This document shows, in pieces, positions 30,633 to 39,901 of a stretch of DNA of 64,000 bases (within the stretch, counting starts at the first letter, position 1; every line of letters starts with the position of its first letter). Below the pieces are notes generated by a model, which did not search any database, was not told where the DNA came from, and worked only from the letters and a program-made list of their open reading frames with translations. The DNA is taken from positions 128,001 to 192,000 of the forward strand of contig CAVTBR010000001.1 of assembly GCA_963733055.1 (NCBI GenBank). The letters run 5' to 3'. Both the position numbers and the translations under genes were made by a program. The stretch comes from Candidatus Bathyarchaeota archaeon. GTDB taxonomy: Archaea; Thermoproteota; Bathyarchaeia; 40CM-2-53-6.

Positions 30633-31127
30633 CTAGCGAAAAATCTCTCTCCCTGTCTTTTTGTTGGGTAAATTTAGGTTCAAGTACCAAAAGAGTACGT
30701 TCTCCTCTCTTGAAAAATGTCCATGCAACAACAGATTCAGCTTCAGGATAGCGCTTTTCTCGCCGTGGCTGATTTGATCGAACACCTGCCGCATTAGATC
30801 TCTGATCTCTTCGTGCTCTAACCTTATCCCTTCAGACACGCAGGCATCTAGGTAACGTTGCAGAAGAGGAAACAAAACACGCTCCTCTATTGTGCGATGT
30901 TGAATAAACAGCTCTTCAAGACGATTGACGTGTTCGAGTAGCTTCGGATTACTTCTGAACCCAACATGCTTGGAGGCATTCGTCAGTAGATCCATTTGTC
31001 GTCTCATGTCATCGTGATCGCTTTGAAGCTCGAAGAGTACCCTGCGATTCTCATCGCAGTCGGCTCTCAAATTCCTCTCTACGCCAAGACGATTCTTGGA
31101 ATTCGGTAAGTCACTTAGACCTTTCAA
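30633..31127 (-). CDS. Hemerythrin-like (HHE) domain protein
   Basis: DH..., H...EE.VLFP, EH..I, HFSREENVLF. Confidence 0.85.
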   Translation of the reverse strand: MKGLSDLPNSKNRLGVERNLRADCDENRRVLFELQSDHDDMRRQMDLLTNASKHVGFRSNPKLLEHVNRLEELFIQHRTIEERVLFPLLQRYLDACVSEGIRLEHEEIRDLMRQVFDQISHGEKSAILKLNLLLHGHFSREENVLFWYLNLNLPNKKTGREIFR

Positions 31128-31187
31128 GCAACCCAGATTCTCCAGCCGTTGGAGTCTGTTTACGGAATTTCCGGCTTAGGACTTGCC

Positions 31188-31201
31188 CCTAACGGGTTCG
31201 G
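31188..31201. promoter_or_regulatory. Palindromic site CCTAAC-GG-GTTCGG between the hemerythrin and regulator genes
   Basis: Near-perfect inverted repeat matching the nirK upstream site. Confidence 0.55.
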
Positions 31202-31255
31202 GCATACCCAAGAAATCCTATACGTTCGAATACGATTCTTCCTCTTGAATCAGTA

Positions 31256-31924
31256 ATGTTAGAAGCGGTTGTCAGCATCACCCCACCACACAGTTGGATT
31301 AAACGACTCACCAGCGAGTTTCCCGCTGTCATACGTGTATTGGACTGTCGAAGCCTACCTCACGGGAAAGGGGTTCAGGAGCTCTTCGAAATATCTAGCG
31401 CTCCCGAGAATTCAGAGAGGATTGTGGAACATCTTCGAGCGGACGCTTACGTGTACGACGTTGATATTGTGAAGGGCGAGCGCGGAAGAGTCGTTGGATC
31501 CCTCAAGACCCGTAAGTGTACCGCGTGTCGAACTTTCGCGGGTGCGAATTGCTTCCTAATCTCTGCCGCGAGTAAACCCGATGGGAGACTCGAATGGACA
31601 GTTCTAGGCAATGATACGGTAGTAAAGTCGTTAATGCACGAATTAGAGAAAGAAAACGTAACCGGAGAGGTCGTCAAGGTTTCGAAGTTAGAAGACGAGA
31701 AGCAGTTAACCGCGAGACAGGAGAATATTCTGCAGATTGCGCTGGAGAAGGGCTATTTTGAGTTTCCGAAGAAAATCACACTCCGCGAATTAGCGAAGAC
31801 GCTTGAAATCGCCCCCGCAACATTAACCGAGATCCTGAGGCGCGGACAGAAACGTGTGTTACAGGACCACTTCAAAGGCCACCCTTCGGTGCTGGGAAAA
31901 AGAACTTCCTCACACCTTTCTTGA
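31256..31924 (+). CDS. Bat-type HTH-10 transcriptional regulator, DmsR/NarO-like
   Basis: LTARQ..L..A...GYFEFPKKITLRELA..L.I...TL.E.LRRG; N-terminal domain has C..CTAC..C. Confidence 0.88.
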   Translation: MLEAVVSITPPHSWIKRLTSEFPAVIRVLDCRSLPHGKGVQELFEISSAPENSERIVEHLRADAYVYDVDIVKGERGRVVGSLKTRKCTACRTFAGANCFLISAASKPDGRLEWTVLGNDTVVKSLMHELEKENVTGEVVKVSKLEDEKQLTARQENILQIALEKGYFEFPKKITLRELAKTLEIAPATLTEILRRGQKRVLQDHFKGHPSVLGKRTSSHLS

Positions 31925-31943
31925 TTATCAGGACGGGTAATGA

Positions 31944-31957
31944 CCTAACAAGTTAGG
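31944..31957. promoter_or_regulatory. Palindrome CCTAAC-AA-GTTAGG upstream of nirK
   Basis: Perfect 6-bp arms directly upstream of an AT-rich TATA-like element. Confidence 0.6.
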
Positions 31958-31996
31958 GTATATCGCTATTCGAAACCATGGAGAGACTCCCTTCCC

Positions 31997-33604
31997 GTGA
32001 GAAAGATGCGGGAAGGTAAAGTTAGGAGTTCGCGGCTGGCGACCAGAGGTTACATTGCCAAAGCCTCATTGATCCTGTTGCTGATTACAATCTCTCTTCT
32101 GTCAATTCCATTTTTCACTCTCAACGTTTCGGGCGATACTAACTCTCCGGCGTATGCACCGAACCGCAGTAAGTCACCCACTGATATACCGTCAGTCCCC
32201 TCACCATCCGACAGAGTAGTGGTAAGGCTTGTTACGGAGGAGAAACTGGGGCAATTGGCCGATGGGGTCACATATAATTTCTGGACGTTCAATGGAACGG
32301 TTCCTGGACCGCTCATTCGGTTGCGTGTGAATCAAACGGTTGAGATGCATATCATTAACCCCCCGAACAGCACTATGACGCATTCGATCGATTCTCACGC
32401 AATCCTTGGCACCGGCGGTGGCAGTGCGTATTCACAAACGCCACCCGGTCAGGAATCAGTTTTCCAGTTCAAAGCCCTGAGAGTGGGGCTGTTCATGTAC
32501 CACTGTGCAAGCCCTGACATTCCCACACACATAGCGGAAGGAATGTATGGAATGATTCTCGTTGAACCGCCCGGTGGTCTATCAAAGGTTGACAGGGAAT
32601 TCTACATAGCCCAGGGCGAATTCTACACACTAGGGCCGTTCGGGCAGAAGGGTTTTCAAGGTTTTAGTTTTCAGAAGGCCAACGCCGAAACGCCAGATTA
32701 CATTGTGTTCAACGGCAGAGTGGGTTCACTAACTGGCAACGGATCGCTCAGCGTTAACGTGGGAGAGACGGTTCGCATCTTTTTCCTCAACGCTGGACCA
32801 AATCTCGATTCATCCTTTCACATCATAGGCGGAATGCTCGACAAGGTCTACGTTGAGGGATCGATTGCCTCGTCACCCTTACTGAACGTTCAGACAACCC
32901 TCGTCCCGGCGGGCGGGTCTGTAATGATTGAGTTCACAGCGGAAGTAGCCTCGAAGCTCACTCTAGTTGATCATTCTCTCTTCAGAATACACCAAGGAGC
33001 GTTAGGCATCATAAATGTGGTAGGACCGGCAAATCCCGCAATAATCTCCTCGATAAAGAACGCCACAATCACCCAAACGATGAACATGAGCATGACCACA
33101 ACGGAGAACGTATCCAATACTTCGAGCGTCGGGGCGTCAAATAATACGGTGTTAATACTGAACTATGCGTACGTTCCCTTGGACTTGACTGTCCCGGCGG
33201 GAACAACTGTAACGTGGGTAAACCAAGATTCGGTTGGGCACACTGTTACAGAAGGTGATCCGAATTCGCCTAAACAGGCCTCTCTTCGAGTCTTTGATTC
33301 TTCAGGCGAAGCTGTTACGGGTAAGGTTGCGTTGATCGGGGCAGGCGAGAGTTGGAGTTATACCTTCACGACTCCAGGCACTTACGAATACTATTGCATC
33401 GTTCACCCATACATGATAGGCCACATTATCGTCGGCCCAACTTCCGGGTCGAATAGTTCGCAGGGTTCAGGTTACGGTGATCTAACCAACTTTACGATAA
33501 CATTCACTGGCAGGGATCTAGTAGGCCTAAGCGCCGTGGGAATAGTCGTGCTCGTGGCCTTGATGCTCGTCTTCGCGAGGTCGGGCAGAAAGAAGACCCG
33601 TTGA
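31997..33604 (+). CDS. nirK: Copper nitrite reductase with C-terminal cupredoxin domain and membrane anchor
   Basis: HSIDSH, YHCA..THIAEGMYG, SSFHIIG, LVDH; then HTVT..YYCIVHPYM; C-terminal TM plus basic tail. Confidence 0.93.
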   Translation: MRKMREGKVRSSRLATRGYIAKASLILLLITISLLSIPFFTLNVSGDTNSPAYAPNRSKSPTDIPSVPSPSDRVVVRLVTEEKLGQLADGVTYNFWTFNGTVPGPLIRLRVNQTVEMHIINPPNSTMTHSIDSHAILGTGGGSAYSQTPPGQESVFQFKALRVGLFMYHCASPDIPTHIAEGMYGMILVEPPGGLSKVDREFYIAQGEFYTLGPFGQKGFQGFSFQKANAETPDYIVFNGRVGSLTGNGSLSVNVGETVRIFFLNAGPNLDSSFHIIGGMLDKVYVEGSIASSPLLNVQTTLVPAGGSVMIEFTAEVASKLTLVDHSLFRIHQGALGIINVVGPANPAIISSIKNATITQTMNMSMTTTENVSNTSSVGASNNTVLILNYAYVPLDLTVPAGTTVTWVNQDSVGHTVTEGDPNSPKQASLRVFDSSGEAVTGKVALIGAGESWSYTFTTPGTYEYYCIVHPYMIGHIIVGPTSGSNSSQGSGYGDLTNFTITFTGRDLVGLSAVGIVVLVALMLVFARSGRKKTR

Positions 33605-33682
33605 TATTCCCACTCGCGATAAGTTTTGACGGAGAAGAACCGTTTGAAACTTCAGAACGAACGCATATCACGGTCGCCTGAA

Positions 33683-34093
33683 ATGGAATCGCGGCGCAAG
33701 TTCCTTCGACGCGCGGCAGCCACCGCATTGGGGGCAGGGGTTCTGCTAGCTGGACTGGATTTAACCGGGACCTTTGCTGCCTCACACGAGGTGCGCTCCG
33801 TTGGAGCTTCGATAACGACAGGGGAGCAACCAAACACCCGAGCTCAACTCATCACTGTAACGGTCTTCTATTCCATGCTCACTCAGTTTACCTCTTTGAG
33901 CCAGGAAGTCTTTGTGTTACAGAGCCCCGCCTCGCTAAAGGACCTGATCAAAACCATCGCGATCAGACATCCATCCATGGCGCAGATGATGCAGATGATG
34001 TTGACGCTCGTGAATGGGGTTCCCACGAAGCCTAACGCATCCTTGGAAGGCGGAGATGTAGTGCAACTCATTCCATTGTCCGCGGGCGGATAG
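33683..34093 (+). CDS. MoaD/ThiS/SAMP-like beta-grasp protein with an N-terminal Tat signal
   Basis: MESRRKFLRR-hydrophobic-TFAA; ITVTVFY..LVNG..LEGGDVVQLIPLSAGG. Confidence 0.85.
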   Translation: MESRRKFLRRAAATALGAGVLLAGLDLTGTFAASHEVRSVGASITTGEQPNTRAQLITVTVFYSMLTQFTSLSQEVFVLQSPASLKDLIKTIAIRHPSMAQMMQMMLTLVNGVPTKPNASLEGGDVVQLIPLSAGG

Positions 34094-34098
34094 AGTCT

Positions 34099-34275
34099 AT
34101 GCGACTACAGAAACGCAAGACGCGGAAGACCGAGGGTGAAGAATACACCAAGTACGTAGTCGTAATCCCGTCGGAACATGTAGAAGAATTGGGATGGGAA
34201 GTAGGACAAGAACTGGAACCTGAAGTCAAAGGAAAGAAACTTGTGATCTCACGAAAGGAAACGAAACAAGGCTAA
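34099..34275 (+). CDS. AbrB/MazE/SpoVT-type DNA-binding protein
   Basis: Manual translation, 58 aa: MRLQKRKTRKTEGEEYTKYVVVIPSEHVEELGWEVGQELEPEVKGKKLVISRKETKQG. Confidence 0.8.
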   Translation: MRLQKRKTRKTEGEEYTKYVVVIPSEHVEELGWEVGQELEPEVKGKKLVISRKETKQG

Positions 34276-34512
34276 ACCGTTCCGCGTGGACGGATTAATC
34301 TCCCAAAACGCCTCCGAAAACTATCGGACCAATTTTGATGCCTAACCGAAAACATGAAATCCTTGGAAGCCCTCCCTTTAGTTGCTTCCGGAAATTCATC
34401 GCTAATCGGGTCACATATCAGGTGTGTTCACTCCTGCAAGACGGAGCGCCGAGGAAGGGCGCAATGATAAGAAATACCCAACCTTGACCGAGAAGAAGGA
34501 GGGAGGTAATCC

Positions 34513-34785
34513 ATGAACCAAATCGAAACGAGAATGCACATGCCGAATTTTGTTGAAGCGTTCAACGCGGGCATTCTACTTCAACTTGCAGGCGTGCGGC
34601 GTGCTAACGAATGCTCTACCTGTAGGGCCTACTTGACTAATAGTTGCCAACGATGTTCTCGATGCAGAACACCCAAGAATTCGCCCTGCCAACACTGTAA
34701 CTTTGAACTGGGCCGCCCAGATTACTCCGTTGTACCAAAAGCGACTTCAATAAGACGCCATCAAATTGGCGAGACGTACAACTAG
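34513..34785 (+). CDS. Small Cys-rich (zinc-ribbon-like) hypothetical protein
   Basis: CSTC..CQRCSRC..CQHC; GGAGGT SD. Confidence 0.55.
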   Translation: MNQIETRMHMPNFVEAFNAGILLQLAGVRRANECSTCRAYLTNSCQRCSRCRTPKNSPCQHCNFELGRPDYSVVPKATSIRRHQIGETYN

Positions 34786-34860
34786 GTTAGACTTGAGCCG
34801 ATTCAACCGTTCGTCTAAGTAAGTTTCGCGCTCTAGCTTTCGTCCCGCCTAGCTGCCTTC

Positions 34861-35857
34861 CTAGGGTCTTGTAAATACGTTCAAATTGACGACGCTTCGC
34901 GGCCGCTGATTTTCGAGAATCCGTTTAACCTCCTCCACCGCCATAGTTTGCCGATCCCGTTGCGACTCAACGGACAGAAACCCCGTGTGAGGAGTTGTTA
35001 CAACATTATCCATCTTCATCAGCGGGTCATTCATGTCTGGGGGTTCCTTCTCGAACACATCCAACCCTGCACCTGCCACTTTGCCGGATCTTAGAGCGTC
35101 TACGAGAGCATCGTGGTCTATGACCATGCCACGGGAAGTGTTTATGATGAAAACTCCGGTTTTCATTCTTTCAAACTCTCCGCCGCGTATCATGTGGCGT
35201 GTCTCGTCGGTTAGGGGAACGTGGAATGAGATTACGTCGGAGTCATGGAGCAGTATGTCGAAGTTTACGCCTTTGACACCTAACGAAGTGTCTCGTCCCA
35301 AGGGGATGTATGGATCATACGCAATTACGTTTAATCCGAACGCTTTCGCTCTGAGAGCCACGGCAGTTCCGATTCTGCCGAGACCAATAATTCCCAGAGT
35401 CCGTCCCCTAAATCGGTAAACTGGCTCTGCTGCTTCCCAATCGTCCCATTTTCCGCTTTTCGTAATTTTGTTGAGGATGAGAATCTTTCGCGCGACAGAG
35501 AGTAGGAGGCCAATGGTGTGATCTGCAACTTCCTCTGCGCAGTAGCCTGGAACATTGGAAACGTAGATGCCTTTCCCTCCCGCTGCGATAAGGTCGATGT
35601 GGTCGAATCCCACACTCGCGGCGACGATTATCTTGCAGTTTTTCATCTCGTCGATGACGTCTGCGTTCACAATAGTGTCAGCGTCGACGATGACCGCGGG
35701 TTGCGTCGTGTAGTATTCTTCCCAGTTCCCTTCCCGTCTTTTCCTGCTCAGTTCTTACAACCGCGAGGTCGCCTAGTTGCTCTTTCGATATGCGCTCGAG
35801 CTCGGGTAGATGAACTGTACGGACTAAGTACAGAACCGGTTTTTCTTTCACCGTCAT
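34861..35857 (-). CDS. D-2-hydroxyacid dehydrogenase (CtBP/SerA-like); +1 frameshift near 35699
   Basis: VGFDHID, GLGRIG, NTSRG, LDVFEKEP, TPH; N-terminus MTVKEKPVL..ILHDAT/AVIVDAD restored by removing one C. Confidence 0.88.
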
Positions 35858-35866
35858 CTCACGGGA

Positions 35867-37216
35867 TCAGTGAATCGTGCTGAGGCTTTGATCTGCTATG
35901 CTAATTGCTTCGTCGATTTGTTCTTGCGTTATTGTTAGAGGTGGTGCTTGCCTTACCGCCTGACTATGCGCCGCGCACGGGTACATCAGGACGCCTCTCG
36001 AGAGGGACTCGTTGAGAAACTTCTTCGCGGCTGTGGCGTTGGGTTCACGGTCCGTGTGTGGTACGATGAATTCGAGCGCTGTCATTAAGCCGACCCCCCG
36101 AGCGTCACCAATTACTTGATACTTGCCCTTCAATTCTTTGAGTCTGCTCATCAAATACCTTCCACTTTCCTTCGCCTTCTGAAGTAAACCCTCATTTCGG
36201 ATGGTTTCTATTGTGGCGACAGAGGCAGCGCAAGATACTGGATTGCCCCCAAACGTGGTCCCATGAACCGTCGGCTCCCACCGGCTCATGAGTTCCTCAT
36301 GAGCACAGACTGCTCCGAGTGGAAACCCGGATGCGATTCCCTTGGCGATGGCCATGATGTCGGGTTGAACTCCGAAGGTTTGAGCGGCAAACCAGTCACC
36401 AGTTCGTCCGAAACCGGTCTGTACCTCGTCGAAAATCAGCAGTATATCTCTTTCAGTGCATACTTCTCTCAGACGGACCAAGAATTCTTTCGGAGGAACG
36501 ATGTACCCGCCCTCTCCCTGGACCGGCTCAACAACGATTGCCGCAACTTGGGATGGAGCAATCAACCGCTTCAAAACTGTCTCAAGCGATTCAATGGATT
36601 CCTCAACGCATTTCTCTGGTTCGTTCGGATGCGGCGAGTGGTAAACGTCGGCATATGGAACGTGGTAGATGCCCGAGACGAACGGACCAAGTTCCGTTCT
36701 GTAAATCGCTTTTGAGGCGGTGAGAGAAGCCGCACCATATGTGCGGCCATGAAAGCCGCCCATGAAAGCGATAATGCCCGGTCTCTTGGTGACATTTCGT
36801 GCGAGTTTTATCGATCCTTCCACGGCTTCCGAACCGCTGTTACCGAAGAAGAACATATCCAAATGCCCGGGAAGTACCTCAGGCAACAGAGCAGCTAGAC
36901 GTAGAACGGATTCGTGCAGTGTGACTCCGACTGCACCATGAACTTGTTTCTCCATTTGTTCACGCGCAGCCTTGATTACTGCTGGATGGTTGTGTCCGAG
37001 GTTCACGACGCCGAAGGCGGACATGAAATCAATGTACCGTTTACCGTCAAGCCCATACAAGTACAAACCTTCGGCTTTGACCACTGGAAGGTTTGGCCAA
37101 TCCTGCGCAAAGCATGGGGCCAACATCTTATCGCGGCGTTTCACGAGTTCCTCATAAGTCGGTGACTCTGGCTTCGTCGTGCGATTTTTATCGTAAGCCG
37201 CAACGCTTCGGGTCAA
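35867..37216 (-). CDS. Class III aminotransferase (GabT-like)
   Basis: SGSEAVE, FHGRT, EPVQGEGG, FDEVQTGFGRTG, AKGIASG, TFGGNP. Confidence 0.94.
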   Translation of the reverse strand: MTRSVAAYDKNRTTKPESPTYEELVKRRDKMLAPCFAQDWPNLPVVKAEGLYLYGLDGKRYIDFMSAFGVVNLGHNHPAVIKAAREQMEKQVHGAVGVTLHESVLRLAALLPEVLPGHLDMFFFGNSGSEAVEGSIKLARNVTKRPGIIAFMGGFHGRTYGAASLTASKAIYRTELGPFVSGIYHVPYADVYHSPHPNEPEKCVEESIESLETVLKRLIAPSQVAAIVVEPVQGEGGYIVPPKEFLVRLREVCTERDILLIFDEVQTGFGRTGDWFAAQTFGVQPDIMAIAKGIASGFPLGAVCAHEELMSRWEPTVHGTTFGGNPVSCAASVATIETIRNEGLLQKAKESGRYLMSRLKELKGKYQVIGDARGVGLMTALEFIVPHTDREPNATAAKKFLNESLSRGVLMYPCAAHSQAVRQAPPLTITQEQIDEAISIADQSLSTIH

Positions 37217-37300
37217 GAATATGTCACGATCTCCGCATGAACCTAGCCAACTTATGAATGGTCTCCACCGCTTCTTTCGGTGAGAATAAGTACGTCCTCC

Positions 37301-38122
37301 TCAGAGGAATAAGTGAGGAGTAGAAGAATAACCCAGAACTTTCATCGCGACTAGAGTTCCAGTAATGATCACTATAATTATGATCGCCGTGTAGTCGCCA
37401 AATCTCAGCTTTGCTTCCTCAACGTAAGATCGTGTGACGGGAGATCCAAACGCCCTGCACTCGAGTGCTATCTGGAGCGTCTGCGAGAGTTTGAGCAGGT
37501 ATAGTAGTAGAGGTGTGAGGACACTCGTGTATACACTCGCTTTTTTCCAGAATGGCATTTTATCGATGTTTCGTCCCCTAAGTTTCTGCGCTTGGATGAC
37601 CCCTGTCCAGGTCTGGAAGACCAGCGGAACAAACCTAATGCCCGTCACGAAGATCATTGTGAACTGGTAAGGAACCCTCATTTTGCCGAGCGTTGCAGCT
37701 ATCTTGGTCATGGGCGTGGTCATTGTAAGTATTGGTAGCGTGAACACAACCGCAAGGACACGCATGAAAACCAATGTTCCGAATAGGAAGCCTTCCAACG
37801 TGTAAGCCGCGTAGTTGCGATTTCCTACCATCAATGTTCCTAACTGGAAAATTACTGTGCTTCCGAACCGATAGGTGAATCCCTGGAGGATGACGAAAAA
37901 GAGGTATGTTCCGACTAGTATCTTCAGGATGACGGCTATGCGTTTGATCTCTATGCCGCCTATGATCCACCATCCGAAGAGAAATAGAATCCAGAGTCCG
38001 AGCAGGACGAAATCTAGGGCAAAGAAGCTCACCACAAAGCTTGCGAGCACGAGTAGCATTTTCGTAACCGCCTGGAGATTGTGGACCGGCGTATTCTTTC
38101 GGACATATTCGATGCTCGCCAA
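37301..38122 (-). CDS. ecfT: ECF transporter T component
   Basis: RFVP..AQKLRG and ALECRAF motifs. Confidence 0.92.
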   Translation of the reverse strand: MASIEYVRKNTPVHNLQAVTKMLLVLASFVVSFFALDFVLLGLWILFLFGWWIIGGIEIKRIAVILKILVGTYLFFVILQGFTYRFGSTVIFQLGTLMVGNRNYAAYTLEGFLFGTLVFMRVLAVVFTLPILTMTTPMTKIAATLGKMRVPYQFTMIFVTGIRFVPLVFQTWTGVIQAQKLRGRNIDKMPFWKKASVYTSVLTPLLLYLLKLSQTLQIALECRAFGSPVTRSYVEEAKLRFGDYTAIIIIVIITGTLVAMKVLGYSSTPHLFL

Positions 38123-39829
38123 TTACTGTACCCCCGTGAGTGCGTGCACCATCGAATCGACGGTGAGGATTCCTTGAGGGACTCCGTTTGGTTCTAATTC
38201 CTTATCGAGAACTGCGATTGGCGGTGGTTTGATGAACGCTCTCTTTAGAGTCTCTTGCTCGGAGAATACTTTGCTTGTTGGCCCATCCAGGAGTATCTCG
38301 CCGTTGGCCATTACGACTGTTCTATCGGCATATTGGGTCACCAAGTTCATGTCGTGTGTTATCATGATGACCGTGTGGCCTTTCTCGTTCAACTTCTTTC
38401 CGAGCCGGGCAATCCTATGCCTTCCGAGATAGTCCTGTGCAGTTGTCGGTTCATCCATTACGATTATGTCTGGCCTCATGGCAATAACCGCTGCCACCGT
38501 TAGGCTTCTTCGATCGCCAAAACTCAGTCTAAATGGAAACGTGTCCCATTGCTCTTGGAGTCCGACGAAACCCAGTGCTTCGTCGACCCTTCCTTTGATT
38601 TCGTTTTCGGGAAGCTTAAGGTTTCGAAGGCCAAATTCAACCTCTTTCTTGCAGGAGATCGTGAAGAGTTGTTCATCCGGGTTTTGCAACGCGAGTCCAA
38701 TCGATGTCGCGAGTTCTCCCGTCGTGAGTCCTTGTATGTCATTCCCTTTGAAGAGGACTTTTCCTTTTGACGGCTTCAGGAGTTTGAGGAATTGTTTGAC
38801 TAAAGTCGTCTTCCCCGAACCATTTTGTCCTATTATCGCTATCATCTCTCCCCGCCGTATCGTTAGGTTCACGTTGCGGAGAGCTTGCACAGGTGGGGTA
38901 CCAGCGTAAACATATGATAGGTCAACACATTCGAGAATCGTTTCACCTTTCGGCGGTTCTACGGTTTGGGAGAGTGCACGGGAGACATGTTTCTGTTGAA
39001 GAAATTCGATTACTAGGTTCTTCCCTTCCTCGATTGTCATCGGTACGGCTCTTTCCGGTGCTAACCTGAATCCTAGCATCGGAATCTGGGGAACTTGGAC
39101 GCCCACAGAATCTAGCAATTTGACTTTGCTGAAAACTTCTCTAGGGGTTCCTTCAGCAACGATTTCTCCTTTGCTTAGCGCGATCGAACGGTCGGCGGTT
39201 CTAAGAACTTCTTCAGAGGCGTGCGTTGTCAAGAGGATGGTCATGTTGTACTTTTCTTTCAGTTGAACCAGGGCATCCAGAACCTCACCCGTTCCAATCG
39301 GGTCAAGCTGGGACGTGGGTTCGTCGAGCACAAGCAATTCTGGTTCCATGCTGAGACCAGCTGCGAGAACGAGCCTCTGTTTTTGTCCTCCTGAAAGTTC
39401 CGAGGGGGAACGCGATTCAAGTCCCGTTAGGCCGACTGCATCAAGGGCCCATTTGGCCCTTCGCAGGATTTCTTCTCTGGGTACGCCCAGGTTCTCCGGA
39501 CCGAAGGCGACTTCCATCAGGACATCGGGGTTGATCAATTGCCCCTCAGGGTCTTGCGTTACGAAACTAATCTTCTGAGCCAGTTCGTAGACTGGGTGCT
39601 CGTAAACATTCATTCCCGCGACGATAGCGCTTCCTTCCGTCGTTCCTTGGTAGATGTTCGGGATGATACCCGTCAGATGATGGCAGAGGGTTGTCTTGCC
39701 CGCTCCGTTTGCACCCAGTACCGCAATGATTTCGCCCTTAGTGACCTTGAAGCTGATATTCTTTAGCGCTTTAGCGCCGTCGGGATAAGAAAACGAAAGA
39801 TTCTGAACGTCGACGATCACATCGTCCAT
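38123..39829 (-). CDS. ECF transporter fused dual ATPase (A-A')
   Basis: GANGAGKTT/LSGGQKQR/LDEPT and GQNGSGKTT/LSFGD/MDEPT. Confidence 0.95.
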   Translation of the reverse strand: MDDVIVDVQNLSFSYPDGAKALKNISFKVTKGEIIAVLGANGAGKTTLCHHLTGIIPNIYQGTTEGSAIVAGMNVYEHPVYELAQKISFVTQDPEGQLINPDVLMEVAFGPENLGVPREEILRRAKWALDAVGLTGLESRSPSELSGGQKQRLVLAAGLSMEPELLVLDEPTSQLDPIGTGEVLDALVQLKEKYNMTILLTTHASEEVLRTADRSIALSKGEIVAEGTPREVFSKVKLLDSVGVQVPQIPMLGFRLAPERAVPMTIEEGKNLVIEFLQQKHVSRALSQTVEPPKGETILECVDLSYVYAGTPPVQALRNVNLTIRRGEMIAIIGQNGSGKTTLVKQFLKLLKPSKGKVLFKGNDIQGLTTGELATSIGLALQNPDEQLFTISCKKEVEFGLRNLKLPENEIKGRVDEALGFVGLQEQWDTFPFRLSFGDRRSLTVAAVIAMRPDIIVMDEPTTAQDYLGRHRIARLGKKLNEKGHTVIMITHDMNLVTQYADRTVVMANGEILLDGPTSKVFSEQETLKRAFIKPPPIAVLDKELEPNGVPQGILTVDSMVHALTGVQ

Positions 39830-39901
39830 ACATCACACCACAATATTTGAAATCGTCATAACTCGCCAGAAAAAAGAGGGGAGAAGCCTAGAAAGACGCG
39901 T

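Noticed and set aside
34099-34275. Toxin-antitoxin pair
   Set aside because: The AbrB-type gene has no adjacent toxin gene
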